Shown here: in pieces, positions 12,320-22,829 of the stretch
Position numbering within the stretch: the stretch's first letter is position 1
How the letters are laid out: each line of letters begins with the position of its first letter
The notes under the pieces: generated by a model
Told to the model about the DNA's origin: nothing
Database searches by the model: none
Seen by the model: only the letters and a program-made list of their open reading frames with translations
Program-made: the position numbers and the translations under genes
Sequence record: MH494197.1
Reading direction: 5' to 3' (one strand)
Length of the DNA: 64,000 nt
Source of the DNA: Escherichia phage CMSTMSU

Positions 12320-13550
12320 TTAGAACATTTGCTTGATTGCTTCAATACGCAATTCAGCAACAAAATCACGAATCTCCGATGTTTGGAGTTCACCATCTTT
12401 CACTAACTGCTGAATATCAGGTAATTCAACATCAGTATAACGATCATAAACTTTAATAATCAAATCTTCAAGTTCAGAATCAATTTCTTTGTTCAAAATG
12501 AAGTTTTCCAGTACTTTGTAAAGGAAATCTTCACCACCATTGTTTTTGATATTCATATCCAGTAAGATTTGTCCCATTTCAACTGGGGTCTTCTTACGGA
12601 AGGTTTTAATATCTTCACGGAAACGCTTGATGTAATTACTAACTTCACGTACTTAACTGGAACCTTAATGGAACCGTTAAGTACTGAATCATTATTACTT
12701 CTTCATTTTCAAAGTACTGTCCATAAGAAATATGGTTTATATTCTTCTGTACAATTTACAGAGATAGAATCAATTAATTCCAGACGTTTCTTGGTAACTG
12801 GAACTGTAGTAAATGCCTTTTCGTAATAACCAAATTGTACCAGAGTTTTGATAAACTTGGAAGGGTTTTCTTCAGAAAGTGCTTTTCGAATTCAACAAAA
12901 CACGATCTGGAACTAGATGGTCTAGTTCACCAGTACTAACCATATCTTTACACATTGTCATAGTATCATCATGGATTGTAAAGTCGGAGAACGCGTAGCG
13001 AAACGGGCCAAACGTAGAACACGCAATGGATCTTCTTTAAAGTGTTCTGATACATGACGAAGTACTTTGTTCTTGATATCAGCTTTCCCGCCATAAGGGT
13101 CGATGTGAATCTGGAGTACTGGATCATATGCAATACTATTGATTGTGAGATCACGACGATATAGATCTTGTTCTAGTGTCACACCTTTTGTATTCACTTC
13201 GAAACCACCATATCCAGTACCAGTTTTACGCTCAGTACGGGCTAATGCGTGTTCATTACCTTCTGGACTTAGATATACAGGAAATCCTTACCTACTTGCT
13301 TGTATCCAATACTTTGCAAGTATTTAATATCGGATTCGGTAGCACCGACAATAACATAATCTTTGTCTTTTGCACGGATGCCCATTAAACGGTCACGAAC
13401 GTAGCCACCAACCAAATACTTTTTCATATCATTCCCCATCAACCAATCACGTAGACGTTCCCAGAAGCCTTTTGGCTGATATTCTGGATATTCATATTCA
13501 TCTGTTCCTTGCTCGGAAACACCCCAATCTTCTTCTAATACTGTAATCAC
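12320..13550 (-). CDS. tRNA nucleotidyltransferase (CCA-adding enzyme), frameshifted
   Basis: [15 protein letters not shown]...KDKDY head-domain motifs in 13269..13550; [13 protein letters not shown] and [11 protein letters not shown] in 12958..13197; C-terminal fragment 12320..12577. Confidence 0.7.
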
Positions 13551-13608
13551 AATGCCTCCAATTAAATTAATCTATCACGTAGACGGTCGTAATATTTTGC
13601 ATGTATAT

Positions 13609-13983
13609 CTAGTATACACTGAAATGACGGATAGTCAATACTAAATGTATCATCAATGAACATGTACTGATCAAGTGTTTCAGGACCATTATCATAAACT
13701 GGCAATGAACCTTCTTTTTTAACAGTGTGTTCCACATCAAATCACATGTAGTATCGAAAATTGCGTATGCTAATTCTATCTTACTTTTTCTAAGTGTAAT
13801 TAATAATTCATCATTCTCTACTAACGCGTTTCGTATTTTTACACGTACTGTACCCTGAAATTTATTAGTGGTTAGTACTCTATATTGATTATACGAAATC
13901 ATGCCTCGTATTTCAGTACTGATTTCTTGTTCAGAAAAGTACCTTAATGTACTGTGGAAATTTGGTATTTTACGAATGTCCAT
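13609..13983 (-). CDS. hypothetical protein, tandem paralog 2
   Basis: Shares N-terminal and, in an alternative frame, C-terminal sequence with adjacent ORF 13970..14380. Confidence 0.3.
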   Translation of the reverse strand: MDIRKIPNFHSTLRYFSEQEISTEIRGMISYNQYRVLTTNKFQGTVRVKIRNALVENDELLITLRKSKIELAYAIFDTTCDLMWNTLLKKKVHCQFMIMVLKHLISTCSLMIHLVLTIRHFSVY

Positions 13984-14380
13984 TCAAATTCCTTTCGTAT
14001 ATATGGTATACGTTCATTATACTATTATATAGTTCAAAGTCAAATCCAAATGTGTCATCAATGAACTGATATTGTAGATACTCTTCATATGAAGCATCAA
14101 TTGGTAATGAGCCAGAACGAATATCATCTGATTTAAAATCGTCAATATATCTTAATGTTATTTCTTCATCAACAGTGATATCTATCATCAACGTATCGTC
14201 ACTGTACCAAAGGTTATGTATACGGATGTAAAGTTTCTTAGCACGATTAAAACTAGATACATTGGTATTGCGATGGAGTTTATCTAAGTTGAAGTAAAAC
14301 CGGCTCGTTTTACTTATGTTTTTCATATGTTCTGCAATCGAATCAATTATATAATCAATGTTGAATGTTCTCATAAACAA
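13970..14380 (-). CDS. hypothetical protein, tandem paralog 1
   Basis: 136 aa ORF; GSLP..D..Y.QYQFIDDTF region similar to neighbour. Confidence 0.3.
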   Translation of the reverse strand: MFMRTFNIDYIIDSIAEHMKNISKTSRFYFNLDKLHRNTNVSSFNRAKKLYIRIHNLWYSDDTLMIDITVDEEITLRYIDDFKSDDIRSGSLPIDASYEEYLQYQFIDDTFGFDFELYNSIMNVYHIYERNLNGHS

Positions 14381-14481
14381 ATCTCATAGCGGTTTGTGTT
14401 TGGATTGTAGCAATAGGTATCATTAATTTTAACACCGGTTTAAGTGTTATTGTTGTTCCTACTTCAGTACTGGGTTCTGCA

Positions 14482-14679
14482 TCACAATAAATCATCACAC
14501 CAACGCCACAGATTAAAGCTAAGATACAAATAATAGCACATATTATATATTCCATCACTCCCCATCAGCCAATCAAAGAGACGTTCCAAGAAGCCATTAG
14601 GCTTGTATTCTGGTTCTTTGTTCACGTCGGTTTCTTGTTCATAAACACCCAAATCTTCTTCAAGTATAATTGTATTCAT
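14482..14679 (-). CDS. small acidic ORF carrying a 40 aa segment duplicated upstream of the CCA-adding enzyme
   Basis: MNTIILEEDLGVYEQETDVNKEPEYKPNGFLERLFDWLMG closely matches [39 protein letters not shown] at 13430..13550. Confidence 0.35.
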   Translation of the reverse strand: MNTIILEEDLGVYEQETDVNKEPEYKPNGFLERLFDWLMGSDGIYNMCYYLYLSFNLWRWCDDLL

Positions 14680-15062
14680 TATATATTATACTCTATTATA
14701 CCATCATCACTTTCACCAGACAACCACTTAATGTAATTTACTTTGTAGAAATTAATCAATGCATAAGTGCTGTACTCAATCAACAAGTGATCTCTCAAGA
14801 ATTCGTCTTGAGCATATCCATCTTCATCCAAATCTGTTGGAATATCAGTTTCTTTGTCTTGAATGTGTAAAGTTATTGTGTCTTTTGTTATACAAATTTT
14901 TATATGATTACAAATAGTAATGATGATTATGCTATATGTTCTATTGAAATATATTGTGAAATCTTCATTAATATTATATCTTCGACTTTCTTCATATTTC
15001 TGATATGGGTCGAAATGTGATAAATTAACTTTAATTAATGTATTTCTCAACTTACACCTCAA
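14679..15062 (-). CDS. hypothetical protein
   Basis: 127 aa ORF. Confidence 0.3.
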   Translation of the reverse strand: MRCKLRNTLIKVNLSHFDPYQKYEESRRYNINEDFTIYFNRTYSIIIITICNHIKICITKDTITLHIQDKETDIPTDLDEDGYAQDEFLRDHLLIEYSTYALINFYKVNYIKWLSGESDDGIIEYNI

Positions 15063-15575
15063 TCATATAAAGTAATTATACATTTTATTGTACAATATAA
15101 AAGGTCTTTCACATTATCATAAGTAATATCAGATATATCATGAATTAATGATAACTGAAAAATGAAGCTTCGTCTATCTCTACTGGGATTATAACATCAT
15201 AGTCTTCGTCAATTTTATGGGTGTAGTATTTTATGTGATCAGCATTCAACACAAGGTTGTATTTTGTATCATCTTCAATTAATCCGACAAATTGAGATTT
15301 TTGATTAATAAAAATCCAATCCCAACACAACGGTTATCTGGATATGGATAGTACCATCTATTAATAACTAGGTGTTCAGGTAAGTCCATATCATGTGTTG
15401 ATATTAAAGATTTTACAATTCCCATCCGAGAATAATTCATAATTAAAACTCCATAAGAAAAGGGACAGAATAATCTCTGTCCCTTTATTATATCTTACTC
15501 TTCGTCTTCAGTCAAGTCTTCTTGAACTGGATGTTCGGGTGTTACGGCGATGCAATTTGATGCTTTTGTCTTTAC

Positions 15576-15824
15576 CTAAGACAGTTTCCATTTTTCAAAT
15601 GAATCACCAATTGCTTTGTATAAATCTGCATCATCGGCGGTGACAATCTTACCACCTGATGTTAAAGTTACGGAATATTGATTCTTATGCTCTTTCTTCA
15701 CATGAACACCGATATAAAGTACTGAAGAATCACTAAATTTCGTTAGTACATTTGCTTCTGCATGAATCGCGTCATTGATTGCTGGAGTAATATCAACATT
15801 ACCTTGGATAACTAAATCTAGCAT
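15576..15824 (-). CDS. putative ribosome hibernation promoting factor (HPF/RaiA-like)
   Basis: MLDLVIQGNVDITPAINDAIHAEANVLTKF...VTLTSGGKIVTADDADLYKAIGDS follows the HPF pattern (L.ITG.N.EIT.AL...V..K..KL ... GG.I.A...DMY.AID). Confidence 0.4.
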   Translation of the reverse strand: MLDLVIQGNVDITPAINDAIHAEANVLTKFSDSSVLYIGVHVKKEHKNQYSVTLTSGGKIVTADDADLYKAIGDSFEKWKLS

Positions 15825-15839
15825 AATTTACCTACCTTT

Positions 15840-16457
15840 TTAGAGTGAGCTTAACAGCAAATCCGCTCTGTTTGTAACTTGGCGATACCACAAGGAATTC
15901 ATGATTTCTTTCTTGAACTTCTTAGGGTTATCCATTTTAACACTTTTCCAAAGTTTGTCAAATGTTGCCAACTTATCAACGCCCATTGTGTATGACATTT
16001 CAAACAGGATACGCTGCTGTTCTTTTGTCAGATTAACTGCATCTTTCTTCTGCATCAATAGTGTAAAGTCCTCGTAAGTCCTTTTCATATCTTGCATTAA
16101 AAGTTTGTTGGCCTGTGCTTTGGTAATCCCGTTTCTGTACTTCATTGCATCAGAATCTTTCTTACCCAAATAATGCCCATAACCAATTGTATAATTACCT
16201 TTCATGTCCTTATAGGGATGAAATTTAGAATTGTGGAAAGGAACTCCAACTTTCCCACCAAGTAATTTACGTTTGTTCTTGGACTGAAATTCAATAGAAC
16301 CTTCAGCTTCTTTGATGTGATCGACAATTTCTGGATCTTTATAATCAAACAGTACAGTCACATCTGGTAACAATACGTTCTTCAAATCCTCTTTTGTTGG
16401 GATAAAGATACCCTGAGAAGTATGAAGAGTTGCATTTAAGTTGATATTCTTCAACAA
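15840..16457 (-). CDS. T4-type lysozyme (glycoside hydrolase family 24) with about 100 aa N-terminal extension
   Basis: TIGYGHYL and SLWYRQVTNRADLL match T4 lysozyme TIGIGHLL and SRWYNQTPNRAKRV. Confidence 0.8.
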   Translation of the reverse strand: MLKNINLNATLHTSQGIFIPTKEDLKNVLLPDVTVLFDYKDPEIVDHIKEAEGSIEFQSKNKRKLLGGKVGVPFHNSKFHPYKDMKGNYTIGYGHYLGKKDSDAMKYRNGITKAQANKLLMQDMKRTYEDFTLLMQKKDAVNLTKEQQRILFEMSYTMGVDKLATFDKLWKSVKMDNPKKFKKEIMNSLWYRQVTNRADLLLSSL

Positions 16458-16517
16458 AATGACATAATCTTCAATCTGTACATTTTAGGTTTAAATTTCT
16501 GTGCAATAGAATAATAA

Positions 16518-16718
16518 CTATCTCGGTTGAACCGTATAATGTTTCTCGCTGCTTGGAACTGCCTTTGGTACTGATACCTTTAGTAGTTCCTGCTTTTGAA
16601 TTTGTACAACTTGTGGTTTTAAATTATGCACCTGACTTTCGTCTAATGATGATGCACGATCACTTTGAGAAAAACCATAAAATCCAATCGCAGCGAATAG
16701 GGCTGATGAAACTAACAC
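16518..16718 (-). CDS. small membrane protein upstream of lysozyme (holin or signal-anchor candidate)
   Basis: N-terminal hydrophobic stretch LVSSALFAAIGFYGF; position next to lysozyme. Confidence 0.25.
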   Translation of the reverse strand: MLVSSALFAAIGFYGFSQSDRASSLDESQVHNLKPQVVQIQKQELLKVSVPKAVPSSEKHYTVQPR

Positions 16719-16928
16719 GCCTATGGCAATTTTAGTTTTCAGTGCTTTTTCGCTTTTTCAAAACGCCTCCTTTGTTGGTTGTTAACAATGAGCAATCACA
16801 AAGAGGGCAAAGAGGCCATTTGCAAAAGCCTCATTGGACTTTCTACAGTACTCATTTGTTCTTTGGAACATTTAAGTAGTATAGCATACTTTTTAGTTAT
16901 ATCAAGACCTATTTACCAAATAACCACA

Positions 16929-17320
16929 TTAATCGTAGTATGTTCTACCAATGGTGATGTGATATTTGAAATATTTAGATGCCAAACCCAGTTCATTACG
17001 AATATGTGCAATGAAATCATCTTCAAACTCTATGATAAAGAATGACCGTTTCTTATTGTCTTTTACTTCTTCGATGAAAGGATCGAACTTAATCTTAACT
17101 TTCATACCATCGTACTTTTTCCAGTACTCTGGATTTGGTGGCACTTCACCACGAACGATACTGACATGTGCTCCCCATTGTGGGTCTTTAATATCAATAT
17201 GTAAGTCAGTTCTGATGAAGTACTGGTAGTATCGAACCAACTGTAATGGAAGTTGCAGTACTAACCAGAAGTCCTTCTTCTTTTCATAGTGCCACGATCT
17301 GGATCATACACCAGAGTTCC
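16929..17320 (-). CDS. putative 2H phosphoesterase (LigT/Acb1-like)
   Basis: Two H-x-[ST]-x motifs (HVSIV and HITIG) about 80 aa apart in a protein of about 130 aa. Confidence 0.35.
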
Positions 17321-17692
17321 TTCCATTTCAATCATATTTTACCTATAAATTTACATATATATTTTTATTTTCAATACGAACATAAGTTTCTAAAACATCT
17401 TTCGGAATTTTATTACTTGTTTTGTACCATGTAGTATTATCTACTAAAACAAAAGTTTCACCTTCAGTTTCACCAAATGTACTTAGTGCATAAATGAAGT
17501 AGTTTGGTGATGCACTACAATAAACATCAGCATTAATTTCAATCATATTTTACACCACAATAAAGCTTAATACAACGAGTGTAATAAACACACCCACAAT
17601 GGCGGTCATTTCAGGGTTAGCATCGTATGTATAACGGATGCACTTTAGAAAATCTTTACCAAACTTTTTTAGTCCATTCATATATTTTCCTT

Positions 17693-18049
17693 TCATTTCT
17701 TGTGTAAAGGGTCGGCACTTTCATAATAGATTGTATCATTGTTTCGCTCAATAGTAAAACTCTTTTGACACAACTCTTCAGCTAAACCCTTAGCATAGTT
17801 TAATACATCTCGGTTGAGATATACTTCTTCTTTTGGGAAGCGTGGGTACTGAATAATACGAGCACACATTCCACTTTCAAGACCACCCGTGTAGATGTAT
17901 TCACACGGAATCAATTGTACACAAAATCCAAGCTTGAATGCAAACTTTCGTGTGTACTCTCTTGCTGTTTGGATATCACCAGCAATATGAATATTCCAGT
18001 ACTGTGTTTCAACTGTACCTTTGTCGATGTATTTCATACTCATCTCCAA
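17693..18049 (-). CDS. hypothetical protein
   Basis: 118 aa ORF. Confidence 0.3.
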   Translation of the reverse strand: MEMSMKYIDKGTVETQYWNIHIAGDIQTAREYTRKFAFKLGFCVQLIPCEYIYTGGLESGMCARIIQYPRFPKEEVYLNRDVLNYAKGLAEELCQKSFTIERNNDTIYYESADPLHKK

Positions 18050-18435
18050 TTATAGCATAAAAATCCTACTTGCCCAAATCTTCTATAATTCTTTTATGAT
18101 ATCATTGTTTTCCAGACATAAAGTACTGAAATTTCTACCTGTTTTTTCATTGAGTTCATTAATCTCAAGCATAAGATAACCATAAGTGATATCTTGAACC
18201 CTACTTCGTTTTACCCTTGAGTACAGTCTGATGGGTACAGATACGCGAGTATTCAAAAGAATTCTGATAAATCATAACGATATACGGTATTCATTCTTGT
18301 AACGTTTACGACTGTACGATTCTAAACACTGTGGGAAACGTCTATCAAACATACTACTTCTTAGTTGAAGTATGATTGATCTAACTTATGCGAGAAATAC
18401 TTTTGATTATTTTATTAAATCTTGTTACATGTCGT

Positions 18436-18891
18436 TTACGCCATCTCATAATCAAACCTTAAAAATATAATAGGAAAGTATTTTGTTTCCGAATCTGAAA
18501 TACTGTTACAGTAATCTTTCAATTCATCATGGATAACATTCAAATGAATAGTAGGATAGTTCATAGGTTTCTGTACTGGGCCAGTGGCATATACGCAATC
18601 TGTTCTATCCCAACTTACATATTGGGTTGGGTAATTATCTTTAGTACGTTCTTCAATAATAATATTATATTCTGGTGTATTGAATACATACATATCACAT
18701 TGTGAAATGTACTGAACATTAAAATCACCATCAGTTAGATGGATCATGTTCCCATCGCAATATAAGCATGATGGTTCAGTGTATCCTAAAATTGAAGATA
18801 AAGTTCTGAAGTTTGCTCGACCCAAATATACCAAATTCGTGTGTAAACAAATATCAATGAAACGTTTGAAGACTTCAGTTTCGTTATGCAT
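18436..18891 (-). CDS. hypothetical protein
   Basis: 151 aa ORF. Confidence 0.3.
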   Translation of the reverse strand: MHNETEVFKRFIDICLHTNLVYLGRANFRTLSSILGYTEPSCLYCDGNMIHLTDGDFNVQYISQCDMYVFNTPEYNIIIEERTKDNYPTQYVSWDRTDCVYATGPVQKPMNYPTIHLNVIHDELKDYCNSISDSETKYFPIIFLRFDYEMA

Positions 18892-19074
18892 ATAGATACC
18901 TTAAAAAGACCCCACATAGTGAGGTCAAACACTTTTAAACGTTATCATCATCCAAAGCTTCACGGTAAACATAATAAACATGCGTACCTAGAAGAACAAT
19001 GAGTACAATGAATACTAACCAGAATGGTACAAAATGCAGTACAAGTGCAAATGCCATTACGGTAATAACCATCA

Positions 19075-19731
19075 CTACTGAACTAAAAATAAGACTAGTC
19101 GCTTTTTAAATCCAGATAGTACATCATTCAAAACGCGTTTCATAAATGAATCAACCATTTTATTCCTCATATAATCCATATAGCAAGTTCTGCATAGACT
19201 CTTGTATGATTCATCACCACCAATAAAGACTTTATCAGTACTTTCAACTATACGGGCATTCATAGTGGCTTCTTTGCCACACTTCTGATTCTCACACACG
19301 TTCTTAAGTTCATGTATGTCATCAGCTATTTCGAACAGTCTTTGTGAACCTTCAAAAGATTGGATTCAAAATCTGTTCGTATTCCATAACAGGAAACATC
19401 AACACCATAATTATCTGCTATATCAGCTAAATGGTCAATTTGTTCTCTGTTTAAAATTGACATTCATCAACATAGATACTGTTAATGTCAACGTCATTTT
19501 TGAGTGTTTCTTTAACTTTAAGAAGAACACTAATGTCATTTTTGGAATTACTTCAGCCACAGCTTCGATGCCAATTCTTGAAGTAATCTTTCCTGTTCCA
19601 TAACGATCATCAAGTGCACTGGTTAAGTAAATTACCTTCATTCCATTTTTCTTATGGTTATATGCTTTTTGTAAAAGATGAGTACTTTTACCACTAGACA
19701 TACTACCATAGTAATATACTAATTTACCCAT
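19075..19731 (-). CDS. tk: thymidine kinase (frameshifted into two fragments)
   Basis: MGKLVYYYGSMSSGKSTHLLQ P-loop, YLTSALDDRYG, and C-terminal zinc motif CRTCY in 19075..19299. Confidence 0.85.
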
Positions 19732-20170
19732 TTTAATCCTTAAGTACGTGTGCTTACATTTTAATCTATTACCATAGGATGAAATTGGGATATTGAACAT
19801 TTCTATTTTACCCTCTTTTAAAAGACGTAAAATATCTGGATCGTTTTGGTTTGTACACAATGAAGACCATTGACTTGAATTTCTAAACCATTCTTCAGAA
19901 ATTCATAAATCTTCTGTCTACGCTTCCCACCGAAACTTTCATTTCGGATAACATCTCTTAGGTCTTTATATTCTTGTTTTAATTTCCTGTCAAAAGTGTT
20001 CCATCTTTCTTTCTGATTTCTTCAATACACTTATATTGAGTTTGTCCTCTAAGAGCCATATTTGACCTCGTTGGGATATTTCTTCATTAACTCATGTAAA
20101 CGTTGAATTTCCTGATTTTTCTTATGTTCTTCATCATACTTCTTAGAAAGATTCTTTCTTGTATTTGTTT

Positions 20171-20527
20171 CTAATAATCTAAAATTAGTACAGAATCTAT
20201 CATTTTAGCAACGTTCTTACGTAACGCATCAAAAACAGTACTGAAATAGTTATCCAATGGAAAAGAAGTATCAGTGTAATTATAAAAATCCATTACATTT
20301 GTCATGTTCACATGTTCAATTACCGCACCATTGTGCGTTACAATAAACATTATATCACCATAATTACAATTTGCATCAGTACGGTACAGATATAAATGAT
20401 CACGTAAATAATCTTTTAATTTATGTTCAATACCACTTTGTTCAGTACTTTGAAATACCAAAACTTCACCATAGATTGTATTACCTTCATAATCATTTGG
20501 TTCGCGGATAATTGTAAGGTTATACAT
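20171..20527 (-). CDS. hypothetical protein
   Basis: 118 aa ORF. Confidence 0.3.
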   Translation of the reverse strand: MYNLTIIREPNDYEGNTIYGEVLVFQSTEQSGIEHKLKDYLRDHLYLYRTDANCNYGDIMFIVTHNGAVIEHVNMTNVMDFYNYTDTSFPLDNYFSTVFDALRKNVAKMIDSVLILDY

Positions 20528-20535
20528 ATAACTCC

Positions 20536-20826
20536 TTATACCGGAGATACGGTACTCAGCATTAGTAGAGCAGTGTTTTCATCAATTTCATGTTGATTGT
20601 CGCACACTAGTGTTTCCAATAGGTCTGGATTGTAATAATAATGTTCATAATCTGTATCATTTGGAATATGGTGATAGGTGAATACAATGTCAAATACATC
20701 ATCATCATTTTCACTTTTGAAACGCTTTAATTCTTCTACACTTTCAACAAAACCATACTCTTCAAAAGCAGTAGTACCATCAGTAAGTTTCATCCATGCA
20801 CTTGCGACAATTTTCATAAATTTCAA
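20536..20826 (-). CDS. hypothetical protein
   Basis: 96 aa ORF. Confidence 0.3.
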   Translation of the reverse strand: MKFMKIVASAWMKLTDGTTAFEEYGFVESVEELKRFKSENDDDVFDIVFTYHHIPNDTDYEHYYYNPDLLETLVCDNQHEIDENTALLMLSTVSPV

Positions 20827-21097
20827 ATCCTTATTCTTTTGTAATGTTTAGTTTAGAAACGAAATGGTTTTTGCTTCTTCAAATGTCATTGAAGTATATA
20901 CTGGGTTCCAATTATCGTCAAGATCTGTAAGTACTTTAACTTCCATTACATCTTCAGGTGTGTAGAATTGCCATGTGTTATGATCTGGTTCATAATTAGG
21001 GTCTAGTGTGAAAACTGTTCCATTCTGACCATAAACTTGTCCATCCTCTAATAGCTCACGAAATAAGTCTTCCCCAGTTGTTGGGTCTTCGTATGCA

Positions 21098-21415
21098 TTA
21101 TAAAAGGAAAACAACATTCTCAACATCAGTTCGGGTAGTACCATCGTCTTCATCATATTCAACCAAACGGTCCTGATGAAATACTAGGTCAATAGCACCA
21201 ATGCGAGGTTTATTATGTGGAGTTTTGATTTCTTGCTGGGAATTGTAATCCATACGTTCAGTACTGATGAATACACCACTTGGTGTGATTTCAATACCAG
21301 ATACATTTTCTGGTGAATAATAAGAGTCACACATATCATCAATATGCATGTGCTCATGATACACTTCCATTTCAGGGTTCTGCATCAACAGTGCTGCTAG
21401 GTCTTTTGCTTTCAA
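21098..21415 (-). CDS. hypothetical protein, paralog of 22380..22805
   Basis: MKAKDLAALLMQNPEMEVYHEH...ITPSGVFIS vs MKSHDLAKLLLSQPNLDIYHYD...VTPSGIFTT. Confidence 0.35.
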   Translation of the reverse strand: MKAKDLAALLMQNPEMEVYHEHMHIDDMCDSYYSPENVSGIEITPSGVFISTERMDYNSQQEIKTPHNKPRIGAIDLVFHQDRLVEYDEDDGTTRTDVENVVFLL

Positions 21416-22004
21416 TCTTCAATCTCCATAGAGTCATCACTTTCGTAATCATCACTAGTGTACTTAGTTTTACCTCAATACCATTCTCATGAAGGTATGT
21501 GATAAAGCCATTACCATGAACGAATTGATTATAATATGTATTTTCTTCTACATGTGAGTCATAATCATCTTCGTAATATGTGGGCATTGTAACATCATGA
21601 CCAGCACTTTGCAAGTACTGGAACAATTCTTTCAGAACTACTTCGATATCACCTTCTTCTGTGCCATAACAATATGCAGGTTCACCGTGAGTGAATTTGA
21701 ATCCTTTACAGGAAACTGTATAAATGTCACTCATGTTCATACCACAATCATCACATTCATGTATAGAACAATGCTGGTGGAATTTAATCTTTTGATTTGC
21801 ATTTAGAAAATCCTGTAAAGATGTAGTAGACATTGGACTATCAGCACCATCATACCACAGTGATGTATATGGCTGAACTGAACTAATATCAATACAGAAT
21901 CCTTCACGCTCACATTTTCGAGCGAATTCTTCAGTAGTTAGTTTGTTACCAAAAGAAATCTCAAATTCATAACTAGACATATCAATATCAGTACTGTAAA
22001 TCAA
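21372..22004 (-). CDS. hypothetical protein
   Basis: 210 aa ORF with Cys/His cluster. Confidence 0.3.
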   Translation of the reverse strand: MIYSTDIDMSSYEFEISFGNKLTTEEFARKCEREGFCIDISSVQPYTSLWYDGADSPMSTTSLQDFLNANQKIKFHQHCSIHECDDCGMNMSDIYTVSCKGFKFTHGEPAYCYGTEEGDIEVVLKELFQYLQSAGHDVTMPTYYEDDYDSHVEENTYYNQFVHGNGFITYLHENGIEVKLSTLVMITKVMTLWRLKIESKRPSSTVDAEP

Positions 22005-22379
22005 TGTACCATCATATGTAATATGGAGTTTAGAATCTGCGTCAAAAGACGATCTGAAATAGCTTCATAATCATCTTCAGGAACTGCTTCAATAAGACGG
22101 GCCATTAGTCCAGATGTTACGCGGTAATCACTCATTTTTAATCCTTTTTTATTTTTCAAGTTTATCAATAATAGAAGGTGATACTTTTACATTGAATTCA
22201 GAATCAGGAAAATCTTTAGAAAATGAATCAATTTGTTCTTGTGAAAGTTCTTCTTTTGTGGAAATAACATTTTAACTAAATTTTTACCACATTCAATTGC
22301 TTCATCATACGACATAGTTTCCCATGTTCCATGCCAAGTACTAGGTTCATATTCTGTCAGTACAGAAATGAAATCAATA

Positions 22380-22805
22380 TCATCGGGTGTATACCAAACA
22401 GCATTTTGATTCCTGATGGTGCTGATTGATTTTACCTAATAAAACAATTGGCTTTTCATAAGGAATGTTAAATATCAACCCAGATTCTAAGTTAAGAACA
22501 GTTTGAATAGATGAACCCTCCAATTTTGGAGTAATAGTACCATCCTTAAAGAAAATTTGTACATGACCCAAGAGTGGGGTTTCATATGGTGTAAGTACAT
22601 TTTCAGAAACTGATGTGGGTTTTGCCGTTGTGAAAATACCAGATGGGGTGACCATTAATTTATTATCAAAATTCTGATAATGCAATTCACTATCCACATC
22701 ATAATGATAAATGTCTAGATTTGGTTGAGATAGTAGTAATTTTGCTAAATCATGAGATTTCATTTTATTTCTCCAAAGAAAAGGAGAGTCACAATGACTC
22801 TCCAT
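22380..22805 (-). CDS. hypothetical protein, paralog of 21098..21415
   Basis: Shared N-terminal and central motifs with 21098..21415. Confidence 0.35.
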   Translation of the reverse strand: MESHCDSPFLWRNKMKSHDLAKLLLSQPNLDIYHYDVDSELHYQNFDNKLMVTPSGIFTTAKPTSVSENVLTPYETPLLGHVQIFFKDGTITPKLEGSSIQTVLNLESGLIFNIPYEKPIVLLGKINQHHQESKCCLVYTR

Positions 22806-22829
22806 ATATTTTATTGTAAAACTTTGAGT

